Shown one piece after another: positions 7,673 through 17,310 of a stretch of DNA of 64,000 bases. Positions within the stretch are counted from its first letter, which is position 1. Every line of letters starts with the position of its first letter. The position numbers and the translations under genes were made by a program. Source of the stretch: Candidatus Poribacteria bacterium (GTDB lineage Bacteria; Poribacteria; WGA-4E; WGA-3G); contig OZ242029.1 of the NCBI GenBank assembly GCA_965205015.1, positions 2,432,001 to 2,496,000 of the forward strand. Direction: 5' to 3'. A model generated the notes under the pieces. The model was not told the DNA's origin. It did not search any database and was given only the letters and a program-made list of their open reading frames with translations.

Positions 7673-10567
7673 ATGCAAAAAGATGATGTTCACCTGATTC
7701 GCAGCACCTTGTCAGGCAATGACGAGGCATTCAGCACTTTAGTGAAAAAATACCAAAAGGGTATTCACGCCCTTGCCTGGCGGAAAATTGGCGATTTTCA
7801 CTATGCAGAAGAAATTACGCAAGACACCTTCCTTCAGGCATACAAAAAACTCTCAACACTCAAGGATCCCAACCAGTTTGCGGGATGGCTCTACGTCATT
7901 GCAAATAGACTTTGCCTCAATTGGATGCGCAAGAAAAAACCTGTAATGCAATCGCTGGACGGGACATCTACGGGAGAGATAGAGAAATTTTCCTATAGCC
8001 ATTATGTATCGGAGCAGCGCGAGACAGAAGCCTTTGAACGTCGCAATGAAATCGTCAAAAAACTTCTTGCCAGATTGCCAGAGAGCGAACGCACGGTCGT
8101 TACGCTCTACTACCTCGGCGAAATGACAACAAAAGAAATTGGTGAATTCTTAGGTGTATCCGTGAAGACGATTCACAGTCGACTCCATCGGGCACGAAAG
8201 CGTTTGCAAGAGAAAGAGGAACTTTTGGTGAGTGATGTCCTCGGCGGTGTTCAATTACCCACCCGTCTCATTGAGAACATCATGCAGCAAGTTGCTGATC
8301 TGAGACCGACGCCACCTCCAGTCACGAAACCCTTACTTCCATGGATGGCTTTTGGCACGGCTGCCATCTTGGTTATATTGCTGCTGGGCATGAGCAATCA
8401 ATATCTTATCCGTTTTCAAAAGCCTTACAGTTTCGAGGCGCAATCTGAACCGATGATTGAAATCGTTGACACGCTTATTGTGCTTGATGTTGATGCCAAA
8501 CCGGCAGTGCGGAATCAAGTTGGACGTGCCGTTAACCCCGGTAAAAGCGTTAGTACCGGTTTGCCAAGTACTGAGACATTAACGTCCAATGTACAGGACG
8601 ATCTTGCTAAGCTCTCTACTTCGCAGTGGTCCCGAACAAATGGACCGTATGGTGGTACTGTGCAAAATATTTTCGCTACATCCGACAAGACTCTCTATGC
8701 TGCTGCACAATCAGGCATTTATAGACTGGCAGCGGGCGAAACTGCATGGACACTCATCAACAGGGATATACCGACCAATCGGATCCGAACGCCGATGGCA
8801 GCGCATGCCGACACCCTCTATATTGTTTCCACCGATAAAATATTCGCTTCAATCGATAAGGGTGAAACGTGGAATGTGTTCTGCTCCCGACCAAAAGGGC
8901 ATGCTGTTGGACTTATCATAACAAATGAGGCAGCCGGGCATACTTCACATCCACGTCCTATAATGTATCTCGCCCTTCAAATGAAAGGCGTTTTCCGATC
9001 CACAGATGCTGGTGAGCGATGGGATCTCCTGGGAAACGGACTGGCAAACAAAACCGTTTACGCTGTCGCTGCGATTGGAAACACGATGTTTGCTGGCACA
9101 AACGAGGGACTCTATCGCCTCAATTCAGATGTGTGGCAGCGATTATCGGTGCATCCCTTCCAACAAGCCATCCTGTCTCTAACCGTTTTTGAAAATAATC
9201 TCTATGTTGTAACGGGACCTGAGCCATCAGGATGGAAGTTTCGCGAATCAAGTGAAAATGTTACAGTTGAAAGTAGTATAGCAGTACAGATGAGCATCAT
9301 GCACAGCCTAAATTCAGAGAGGGTTTTCCATTCGATTGACTTGGGGGCATCGTGGACTGAGATAGCGGACAGAAATGAATCTCCTTTTAGGGATACAGCA
9401 CTGGAGGCGATATTTCTGATGAATACCGGCGAAATGTTCTTATCGCAAGGGGTTGTCGCGACGGACAAGAATACTTTTTACAGGGGCGGTTCCTTTGGTA
9501 TGGATCGCACAACCGATGGCGGTAAATCATGGCAGCCATTCATGAACGGGATAATGGGAACAACAATACACGATCTTGTCACGGTCAACAATAGACTTTA
9601 TGCACATACCAATAAAGGACTTGTTCAGTCAACTGACGGTGGCGAGGTGTGGAAAACCGTTGGGATTGATTCCGGTAAACATTCGCTTGAAGGGATAGAA
9701 GAAGAGTTTTCTCCGTTTCATTTCTCTCTCAATTCACAGTTAGCAATTGCTGGAGACGTTCTTTATGGAATCGCTCGCGAAAAAGACAATCTACGCCTTG
9801 TGCAATTATCTACAGGTAACAACACACTTGTTCCGGTTCAAAAGGCACCCACTTTTGAACGGGAATACTCGTCTATTGAACTCGCCACATGGACAGAAGG
9901 AATCAAACAGGGTCCTCCTGAAGAAAACGGGAACCCCTCACCAGTCGTAGCGTCCTTGGTTACAGACGATAGCAGGATTGGCGGGTTCGCAGTCAGCCGA
10001 CAAGCGTTCTATATTGAATGGAAGCACCGGCTTTTTAGGTGGAAACTCGGCGACTCGGAATGGACGGATACCGGGTTAATAGATACCAGTGGATCGCTTA
10101 ATGACAGATCTGATAAAGGCTTTAAATTAGCAGTTTCAGGGGAAACTGTCTACGTGGGTAAACGGGACGGCAAGTTGTTTCAATCACTCGATGAGGGGAA
10201 CAGTTGGAAAGATGTCACACCAATCCTGCCGCTCCATTTTACCCGTTTCAAAGAGATAGTCTTTGTGGGGTCAACGGTTTACGTTGCAACGGACGCAGGT
10301 GTCCTCGCTTCACAGAACGGTGAACACTGGCGCGTGCTCACCGATGAAATGGGTGCCCGTCCCGTCATAGATAGATTTGCTGTCGATCATTCCAATCTTT
10401 ATGGTGCGGGTGATGCAGGGATCTATCGTTTGGACGACCATCAGAGATGGCATCAGATTTTCCCAAGTGTTCCAGAGACAGTTGGCTCCCTTGTCATCAG
10501 CAATGACAAACTTTACGTTGCTACTCAGCATGGCAGGATGTTTCATATCCCTCTTGAATCGCGGTGA
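7673..10567 (+). CDS. ECF sigma-70 factor fused to a TM helix and a BNR/Asp-box beta-propeller
   Basis: First ~319 aa are paralogous to 1817-2776 (sigma regions 2/4, TM); then Asp-box repeats SIDKGETW, STDAGERW, TTDGGKSW, STDGGEVW, SLDEGNSW. Confidence 0.9.
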   Translation: MQKDDVHLIRSTLSGNDEAFSTLVKKYQKGIHALAWRKIGDFHYAEEITQDTFLQAYKKLSTLKDPNQFAGWLYVIANRLCLNWMRKKKPVMQSLDGTSTGEIEKFSYSHYVSEQRETEAFERRNEIVKKLLARLPESERTVVTLYYLGEMTTKEIGEFLGVSVKTIHSRLHRARKRLQEKEELLVSDVLGGVQLPTRLIENIMQQVADLRPTPPPVTKPLLPWMAFGTAAILVILLLGMSNQYLIRFQKPYSFEAQSEPMIEIVDTLIVLDVDAKPAVRNQVGRAVNPGKSVSTGLPSTETLTSNVQDDLAKLSTSQWSRTNGPYGGTVQNIFATSDKTLYAAAQSGIYRLAAGETAWTLINRDIPTNRIRTPMAAHADTLYIVSTDKIFASIDKGETWNVFCSRPKGHAVGLIITNEAAGHTSHPRPIMYLALQMKGVFRSTDAGERWDLLGNGLANKTVYAVAAIGNTMFAGTNEGLYRLNSDVWQRLSVHPFQQAILSLTVFENNLYVVTGPEPSGWKFRESSENVTVESSIAVQMSIMHSLNSERVFHSIDLGASWTEIADRNESPFRDTALEAIFLMNTGEMFLSQGVVATDKNTFYRGGSFGMDRTTDGGKSWQPFMNGIMGTTIHDLVTVNNRLYAHTNKGLVQSTDGGEVWKTVGIDSGKHSLEGIEEEFSPFHFSLNSQLAIAGDVLYGIAREKDNLRLVQLSTGNNTLVPVQKAPTFEREYSSIELATWTEGIKQGPPEENGNPSPVVASLVTDDSRIGGFAVSRQAFYIEWKHRLFRWKLGDSEWTDTGLIDTSGSLNDRSDKGFKLAVSGETVYVGKRDGKLFQSLDEGNSWKDVTPILPLHFTRFKEIVFVGSTVYVATDAGVLASQNGEHWRVLTDEMGARPVIDRFAVDHSNLYGAGDAGIYRLDDHQRWHQIFPSVPETVGSLVISNDKLYVATQHGRMFHIPLESR

Positions 10568-10637
10568 TAGGTGTGGTTTCCGAATTCCCGCGAAACCCAA
10601 AATTCACTTTCTAATCATAAACTGAAGGAGACTCATA

Positions 10638-11402
10638 ATGAAATGTATATGTATTGTCACTGTCCTTTTTCTCTTGCCCTTTTCCGGCTGGTCAGGCACA
10701 TTTCTGGAAACCTTTGAGGGTGGAGGTTTGGAAGCGTGGCAAGAACTTATCGCATGGGACATTCAGGGAGATAAAGGACCCGGTTCTTGGAAAGTCGTTG
10801 ACGGTGAACTCCACGCCGTAAATCGTGAAGCGTTTTTTCGTCTACTAACGACCGGAGATGACACATGGAAAGACTACACTCTCGAATTTGATGTCAAGCC
10901 CCTGAAAAAGCACGGTAGGGGCGGGATTTCCATTGCCGTGCGGATTCAGGGAGCTTGGGTAGTTTACTGTAGTCTTCATGATATAAGGGTTATATTTAAG
11001 AATAAACCTCCTATTGAGGAACCTCGGGTAGATTGTGCAGGAGGTAATTTGCACGCTGGAATGTTCGCATCTTTCCATTCTAACCCTCGTGCACTTCCAA
11101 GGTTGAACGAGTGGTTCCATCTAAAGTTGAGTGTTGAAGGCGACACCTTTACCTTCTGGATTAACGGTGAACGGATTATAAACCGTCGGGCACCTCGATT
11201 TAGAGACCTTGAAGATTTTCCTAACTTTTTGACGGGTGGTGTCGGTTTCGGTCTCAGAAATTATACAGCGCGCTTTGATAACATCACTGTCACCGGTGAT
11301 AGCATTCCAGATAGGGTGCCAGATAGGGGTGGATTCGCCGTAACGCCCCACGGAAAACTCACAACAACATGGGGCAACCTAAAACTGACTGCCGACCGCT
11401 AA
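10638..11402 (+). CDS. Secreted DUF1080-like (3-keto-disaccharide hydrolase fold) protein with C-terminal WG motif
   Basis: Signal peptide; WKVVDGEL, WKDYTLEFDV, NEWFHLKL..G..FxxWING, FDNI pattern; ends AVTPHGKLTTTWGNLK. Confidence 0.7.
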   Translation: MKCICIVTVLFLLPFSGWSGTFLETFEGGGLEAWQELIAWDIQGDKGPGSWKVVDGELHAVNREAFFRLLTTGDDTWKDYTLEFDVKPLKKHGRGGISIAVRIQGAWVVYCSLHDIRVIFKNKPPIEEPRVDCAGGNLHAGMFASFHSNPRALPRLNEWFHLKLSVEGDTFTFWINGERIINRRAPRFRDLEDFPNFLTGGVGFGLRNYTARFDNITVTGDSIPDRVPDRGGFAVTPHGKLTTTWGNLKLTADR

Positions 11403-11522
11403 TTGCTATCCTATTTCCATTTTTCCTGCAAAAAATGTAAAGATGTGGTAAAATAGGGATACATGATGGGTACCCATACGACCCGAAGGAGGGGCTAAAA
11501 CCACACCACAACTACTGAAACT

Positions 11523-12602
11523 ATGAAAATCATCGACGTTAAAACTTACAATTTACGCTATCCACTCATCGAACCCTTCGCGAATTCACGCGGCTGGACG
11601 AACACGCGAACCGCCGTCGTTGTCGAAATTTGCACGGATGCCGGCATTACCGGTTGGGGTGAAGGCGTGAGCGTTCCGTCTGCCTCATCGGTTGAAGCGC
11701 ATCTGATCGGACAGTCGCCTTTTGAAACGGAACGGATTTGGGAGGCGATGCGCAGCGACATCGGCGCGCTGAGTGGGATCGACATCGCACTCTGGGACAT
11801 CATGGGCAAAGCGTTGGACATGCCGATCTATCAACTCCTCGGCGGCGCGTTCCGATTGAAGATTCCGGCGTACGCAAGCGGACTCTTCAAGAAAGACAAA
11901 CCTGATATCACCCAAGCCTTGATGGACGAGGCGAAAGGCTACGTCGATGCTGGGTTTCCCGCTGTCAAGATGAAAATCGGTTTCGGTGAGGGTTACGATG
12001 TGAAGAACGTCGCTGCGGTTCGGCGCGCCATTGGAGACGATACGCTCTTCGCCGTCGACGCAAATTGTGGCTACGATGTCGGGACTGCGATCGATGTCGG
12101 GCAGAAACTTTTGGACTACGACCTCTTCTGGTATGAGGAGCCGATTACCAGTGACGATGTGACAGGCTATCGGGAGATTCGACACGCACTGAAGGTGAGA
12201 ATCGCTGGCGGCGAGATGCTAAAAGGACGTTGGGCGTTCCGAGACCTGCTGCAGGCACGCGGATTGGATATTGTACAACCCGATCTGAGCATCGCAGGCG
12301 GTTTCACGGAGTGCCGAAAAATTGCTGCTATGGCGAGTGCGAACTACGTTCGGGTGTTACCCCACATGTGGGGCGGTAGTATCCGCCTCGCTGCGACGTT
12401 GCACTGGCAAGCCACGCTCCCGGATGCACCCCAAGCCCTCAACCCTGTCCCTTCTCTGTTGGAATTCGATATGACCGAAAACCGGCTCCGCACAGCGTTG
12501 GTACAGCAACCGATACGTGCCGTTGATGGACACGTTGATGTTCCACAGGCACCCGGGTTGGGCATTGACATTGACCGAGACGTATTAGAACAGTACGCAT
12601 GA
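11523..12602 (+). CDS. Mandelate racemase/muconate lactonizing enzyme family (sugar-acid dehydratase/cycloisomerase-like)
   Basis: GWGE, IDIALWDIMGK, KMKIG, VDAN, EEP, GGE, PGLG motifs. Confidence 0.9.
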   Translation: MKIIDVKTYNLRYPLIEPFANSRGWTNTRTAVVVEICTDAGITGWGEGVSVPSASSVEAHLIGQSPFETERIWEAMRSDIGALSGIDIALWDIMGKALDMPIYQLLGGAFRLKIPAYASGLFKKDKPDITQALMDEAKGYVDAGFPAVKMKIGFGEGYDVKNVAAVRRAIGDDTLFAVDANCGYDVGTAIDVGQKLLDYDLFWYEEPITSDDVTGYREIRHALKVRIAGGEMLKGRWAFRDLLQARGLDIVQPDLSIAGGFTECRKIAAMASANYVRVLPHMWGGSIRLAATLHWQATLPDAPQALNPVPSLLEFDMTENRLRTALVQQPIRAVDGHVDVPQAPGLGIDIDRDVLEQYA

Positions 12603-12616
12603 AGACATTCCACTTT

Positions 12617-12641
12617 GCTGGCGAGGTTTCCTAACCTCGCC
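12617..12641. repeat. REP-like hairpin
   Basis: GCTGGCGAGGTTTCCTAACCTCGCC is the exact reverse complement of 51105-51129; a variant lies inside the 119-bp MITE. Confidence 0.75.
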
Positions 12642-12674
12642 CTTTTACAACTGAAGACCGACAACCGAAGACTG

Positions 12675-13499
12675 ATGACTATTAAAAAACGTATCCTAAT
12701 TGTATGCCTCTTACTCTTATCCGTATGTAGCGTTATCTTCCTCTACCACTTCCGCGTCGAAGCGGATTCCCGTACCCAGCAACCGATGGAGGATGCTTCA
12801 TTTTCGCATGAACTGTTTGATCAGGTGCTGCGGGAGCATGTCGATGAAAAGGGAGGGGTTAATTACACAAAACTGAAGGCGAATCCTGAAAAGTTGATAG
12901 CGTATTTGGACCTATTGGCTTTTGCGGATCCAGAGGCGTTCTCTTACAATGAACGACTGACGTTCTGGATTAACGCCTACAACGCACTCGTCATTAAAGG
13001 CGTCGTCAACCACTATCCGATAACGAGTGTCCGAAAAGTCAAACTCTTCAACGGTTTCTTCTCTCGATTGAAGTTCCACGTTGCGGGGAAGATGTACACA
13101 CTCAATCAAATTGAACACGGCATTATCCGCACAGAGTTTGTGGACCCACGTGTTCACTTCGTCCTCGTATGCGCTTCGAGAAGTTGTCCGCCTTTATGGA
13201 ACCGTGCTTATGCTGCCGAGACGCTTGAGGAGCGTCTTGAGACTGCAACGTTCAACTTTATTCAGAATCCTGAACAGGTTCGGATTGATCGCGCGAAACG
13301 CCACGTCTACGTCTCGAAAATTTTCAAATGGTACAACAAGGATTTTAAGGAAGGTTACGACGGTGTAGTGGATTTTCTCGCCGATTATTTACCGCCTGAA
13401 GACGCGGAATATTTGGAATCGACAGATGTTAAGGTTCGCTATTTGGACTACGACTGGACCCTAAACGATTTTTCTAATAATTCGCAAGGCGTGAAATGA
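12675..13499 (+). CDS. DUF547 domain-containing protein
   Basis: FWINAYNA, TLNQIEHGIIR, DPRVHFVLVCASRSCPPL, SKIFKWY, YDWTLN; N-terminal hydrophobic segment. Confidence 0.9.
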   Translation: MTIKKRILIVCLLLLSVCSVIFLYHFRVEADSRTQQPMEDASFSHELFDQVLREHVDEKGGVNYTKLKANPEKLIAYLDLLAFADPEAFSYNERLTFWINAYNALVIKGVVNHYPITSVRKVKLFNGFFSRLKFHVAGKMYTLNQIEHGIIRTEFVDPRVHFVLVCASRSCPPLWNRAYAAETLEERLETATFNFIQNPEQVRIDRAKRHVYVSKIFKWYNKDFKEGYDGVVDFLADYLPPEDAEYLESTDVKVRYLDYDWTLNDFSNNSQGVK

Positions 13500-13537
13500 A
13501 GGGTTTGGTTTAACGACGGTTTTTGAGCACTGACCGC

Positions 13538-13582
13538 CTGCGTGTTTTTGCTTGGGTATTTCTGCGTATTGTTGCAGGCTGC
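13538..13582 (-). repeat. REP-like element carrying the AAATACCCAAGCAAAAAC cassette
   Basis: Reverse complement reads GCAGCCTGCAACAATACGCAG-AAATACCCAAGCAAAAAC-ACGCAG; related empty form at 16172-16197. Confidence 0.65.
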
Positions 13583-13626
13583 CGTCTTCGGTAAAATTAA
13601 AAAATAGGAGGCTAATAGTTTAAAAA

Positions 13627-14661
13627 ATGGTGAATACAGCCGTTATTGGCTACGGGTATGCCGGACGCGCGTTTCATACCTATCTCGTCGGTTTGGCAGA
13701 TGGTCTGAATCTTTACGCTGTTGCGACACGAGATGCCGAACGCCGGGAAGCCGCCCGTGAGGCATATCCAAACGTACAGATGTATCAAACGATTGACGAA
13801 GTCATTGCAGATGACTCAGTCGACCTCGTTGTGTTAGCCACACCGCACGACACACACGCCGAACTCTCTATCAAGGCGATGGACGCCGGGAAGCACGTCG
13901 TCACAGACAAAATCATGGCGATGAATACCGCCGAAGCGGACATCATGATTGCAGCGAGTGAGCGGAACAACGTCCTGCTCAGTGTCTTTCATAATCGCCG
14001 ATGGGATTGGGATTACAACACCATCAGAAAGATTATTGACGACGGTTTACTTGGAACGCCTTACCTCTTTCAGGTCGCGATTATGCGATACGGACCGCCT
14101 CGCGGGTGGCGGGGTGTCAAAAGTCAAAGCGGCGGCATCCTTTACGATTGGCCCGCACACTTCGTCGATCAGGCGCTACAACTCGTAACGGCACCCGTTG
14201 AATCTGTGTACTGCGACGTTCACTACAATTCGAGATGGGATATCGACATTGGCAATTACGCCAACCTCATCATTAAGTTTGAAAACGATGTACGGTATCA
14301 AATTGAGATTAGCAATCTCTCCAAAGCGGAGAAACCGCGTTGGTATATCGTCGGGGATTTGGGTGGGTTAATTAAATACGGCTTGGACCCGCAGGAGGGA
14401 CCGATGGTAGCCGGTAATATTGATGCCGCGCAGCAGGACCCCGAAAACTACGCCAAGGTCTGGACAGAGGCGGATGGCGAGAACAGAGAACGCGTCGTTG
14501 AAAGCGTCCAAACGACATGGAAATCCTACTATCAGAACATTGCAGATGTGCTGAACAAGGGTGAGGAATTGGTTGTCAAGCCTGAGGAAATTCGCAAGGT
14601 CATGCAGGTCTATGATGCAGCGATGCAGTCTGCTGAGACGGGAGAAACCGTGCGGCTATAG
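13627..14661 (+). CDS. Gfo/Idh/MocA family oxidoreductase (scyllo-inositol dehydrogenase-like)
   Basis: GYGYAG Rossmann motif, AGKHVVTDK, FHNRRWD, GGILYD. Confidence 0.9.
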   Translation: MVNTAVIGYGYAGRAFHTYLVGLADGLNLYAVATRDAERREAAREAYPNVQMYQTIDEVIADDSVDLVVLATPHDTHAELSIKAMDAGKHVVTDKIMAMNTAEADIMIAASERNNVLLSVFHNRRWDWDYNTIRKIIDDGLLGTPYLFQVAIMRYGPPRGWRGVKSQSGGILYDWPAHFVDQALQLVTAPVESVYCDVHYNSRWDIDIGNYANLIIKFENDVRYQIEISNLSKAEKPRWYIVGDLGGLIKYGLDPQEGPMVAGNIDAAQQDPENYAKVWTEADGENRERVVESVQTTWKSYYQNIADVLNKGEELVVKPEEIRKVMQVYDAAMQSAETGETVRL

Positions 14662-14702
14662 CCGCGATGTCCTCGTTAGTTTCAAACCCGAAGCCTATAA
14701 CG

Positions 14703-14801
14703 ATACGCAGAAATACGCAGAAATACCCAAGCAATACGCAGAAATACGCAGAAATACCCAAGCAAAGACACCAAGCAAAAACACCCCAAGCAAAAACACG
14801 C
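14703..14801 (+). repeat. Stuttered tandem array of ATACGCAGAA / ATACCCAAGCA / CCAAGCAAAAAC units
   Basis: Directly visible irregular tandem repeats in the intergenic region. Confidence 0.85.
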
Positions 14802-15015
14802 GGGCGACTCTTGAGAAAGGCACGTTAAATCCCTGACCCGCGGCCTTTAACCGCAAAGTAAAATTAAAATGTTCAGATTATGGACAGTGGCGTTCAGTTT
14901 TTGACACAATTCTCCGTTGAATTCCGAGAATTTACGAGGAGATAGGTTTTTAGCGTTGGCATCGTATTTGCTAATATCATAACTAACAAACAACTTGTCG
15001 AAAGGGAGACACGGA

Positions 15016-16128
15016 ATGAAAATGAAAACGCAGCGTGGATTCATACTGGTATTGCTCCTTGTGTTTGCTGTTGTGCAAAGCGGTATGACCGCGCATCATG
15101 AGACGGACGCATCGGAATACCACGAATTAAACAAACAGGTCATTGCGAGTATTGACCGAGGATTGGAATGGCTGAAGGGACAACAGGCCGAAGATGGACT
15201 ATTCGCCAATCATCCCGGCATAACGGCTCTCGCACTCACCGCTTTTTTGCGGCATCCTCAGAACAAATATTCGGAGGCAGAGCATCCGTTTATCCAAAAG
15301 GGACTTCAGCGGTTGATTGGGATGCAACAGCCCAACGGTGCGATCTATAATATCGAGATGCAACCCGCACTTCCGAATTACAATACCGCTATCTCAGTAA
15401 TGGCACTCTCCTCAACCGGTAACTCGGAGTATGCGTCTATTATTGAAAGGGCACAAGGTTTCCTGAAAAGTTTACAGGTCACAGATGAGGAGAGCGTCTA
15501 TTACGGTGGGATCGGTTATGGAAGCCGTGAGACCGTGCATGACCTGTCCAACCTGAACCTCGCTATACAAGCGTTGAAAGAGAGCGGCTCCGACGACCAA
15601 GAGGTCTGGGACAAGGCGATTAAGTTTCTGGAACGCACGCAGAATCGGAGTGAGAGCAACGATCAGTCGTGGGCAGGCAATGATGGCGGGTTTATCTATT
15701 CGCCTGACGGTGAAAGCAAAGCCGGCACAGATGCCGCGGGAAGCCCGCGCTCCTATGCCAGCATGACGTATGCCGGATTGTTGAGTTTCATCTACGCCAA
15801 TGTCGACAAGGACGATGAACGTGTACAGTCGGCTTTCAAGTGGATAAAGGAGCATTTCACGCTTGAAGAAAACTACGGCATGGGTGCACAAGGTCTATAC
15901 TATCACTATCACACGATGGCGAAGGCGTTACGGCTTTATGGTGAGTCAACCTTTGTGGACTCGAAAGGCATCTCACACGATTGGTACCGGGAGTTCGCAG
16001 AAAAAATGATCGAGTTGCAGAAGTCCGATGGGTTTTGGGTGAATGATCAAAGCCGTTGGATGGAAGCGGATCCGAGACTCGTAACGGCTTATGTGGTACT
16101 CTCTCTGGACACCGCCTATCCGAAATAG
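15016..16128 (+). CDS. Secreted prenyltransferase/squalene-cyclase-repeat (alpha-alpha toroid) protein
   Basis: Signal peptide; QW-like repeats GLEWLKGQQAEDG, QQPNGAI, DGGFIY, LQKSDGFW. Confidence 0.8.
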   Translation: MKMKTQRGFILVLLLVFAVVQSGMTAHHETDASEYHELNKQVIASIDRGLEWLKGQQAEDGLFANHPGITALALTAFLRHPQNKYSEAEHPFIQKGLQRLIGMQQPNGAIYNIEMQPALPNYNTAISVMALSSTGNSEYASIIERAQGFLKSLQVTDEESVYYGGIGYGSRETVHDLSNLNLAIQALKESGSDDQEVWDKAIKFLERTQNRSESNDQSWAGNDGGFIYSPDGESKAGTDAAGSPRSYASMTYAGLLSFIYANVDKDDERVQSAFKWIKEHFTLEENYGMGAQGLYYHYHTMAKALRLYGESTFVDSKGISHDWYREFAEKMIELQKSDGFWVNDQSRWMEADPRLVTAYVVLSLDTAYPK

Positions 16129-16259
16129 GTTTTTCTAATTACAGGATTGTATGCTTAGTGGTACCAAAAACGTAGCCTGCAACAACGGTGCAGACGGATG
16201 CTGATCAAAAACCGTCAAATGCCTAACCCCGTTGTTCTCCCGCAAGGTATAATTAAAAG

Positions 16260-17087
16260 ATGTATCAGTCGATCAAAGTCTCCGCAATTTCGTTAAAACC
16301 TACCAAGTGGGATAAAGCCTCCAACGCTGAAAAGCTGGAGGCTTTCTTCGTTGAAGCTGCCAAGGACGCGCCACAGTTAATTTTGGCGACGGAGGGTGTC
16401 CTGGAAGGCTATGTCGTGATGGATGTCATCGAAGGCAGCGCCACACCAGAGGCGATGCTCGACATCGCAGAACCGCTTGATGGGGCGTACATCCATCGAT
16501 TCCGTCGGTTGGCACGTCAACTCAAAACCTGTCTCTGTTTCGGTTTCGCTGAACTCCGTGGTTCTACTTCTGTTTACAATTCTGCCGTGTTTATTGATGC
16601 CAACGGAGACATCTGCGGCACCTATCACAAAACGCAGTTTGCCGAGGGGACGCATCCGTCGTGGAACTTCAATTGCATCGGTGAGACAATTCGCGCGTTT
16701 GATACGCCTTTCGGGCGTGCCGGTATCTTAATCTGCAATGACAGATGGAATCCGTTGATAGCGCGCACACTGGTTTTAGATGGCGCGCAGTTCCTCCTGA
16801 TTCCTTCGTATGGTTCAAAGGGCAAATCGCAGAATCGGACTGTGCTCGCCAGAGCGCGGGAAAACGGTGTACCGATCGTAGAGGCGAATGTCGGGATGAA
16901 CCTCATCATCAGCAAAGGTGAGATTGTGGCATATAAATGGGGGAACGACCAGATTAGTACAGCAGACATTGATATCCCGATTCTCCCATCAACCGAGGCG
17001 GCGCGCCGTTCAGAACAGGAATACTTACAGTCTCAAGGACCTGAGATGGAGAGCCGCTATCGGAAGACCATCGCCCGGCTGGAATAA
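16260..17087 (+). CDS. Carbon-nitrogen hydrolase (nitrilase superfamily)
   Basis: Catalytic triad contexts: ATEG, YHKT, ICND. Confidence 0.9.
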   Translation: MYQSIKVSAISLKPTKWDKASNAEKLEAFFVEAAKDAPQLILATEGVLEGYVVMDVIEGSATPEAMLDIAEPLDGAYIHRFRRLARQLKTCLCFGFAELRGSTSVYNSAVFIDANGDICGTYHKTQFAEGTHPSWNFNCIGETIRAFDTPFGRAGILICNDRWNPLIARTLVLDGAQFLLIPSYGSKGKSQNRTVLARARENGVPIVEANVGMNLIISKGEIVAYKWGNDQISTADIDIPILPSTEAARRSEQEYLQSQGPEMESRYRKTIARLE

Positions 17088-17103
17088 CGCGATTGCCTCC
17101 ATT

Positions 17104-17128
17104 GTAGGAGCGACCTCTCGGTCGCGAC
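17104..17128 (+). repeat. GTAG-type REP hairpin
   Basis: GTAGGA-GCGACC-tctc-GGTCGC. Confidence 0.55.
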
Positions 17129-17310
17129 TTTCCACGTGAAACCCAATCTCACGCTATCCATTCGATTCAATCTGTGATCCTCGCGTCAAATTAACTGTTT
17201 TTCCAAACGCAACTTCTATAAACTTATTTTCAATAATTGTGTCCAATACTTTATGAGTGCCTAAAAAGACACAAATCTCTTCAGCTAACGCCCTGCGAAT
17301 TATTAAAAGA

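Noticed and set aside
14703-14801. CRISPR array
   Set aside because: Units are 10-16 nt and contiguous, with no unique spacers and no cas genes in the window
14561-14836. 91-aa ORF with repeated KYAEIP/TPSKN peptides
   Set aside because: It is a translation of the non-coding repeat array and overlaps the oxidoreductase gene
15016-16128. Squalene-hopene or sterol cyclase
   Set aside because: Only about 370 aa, has a signal peptide, and no DXDD/DCTAE catalytic motif is visible
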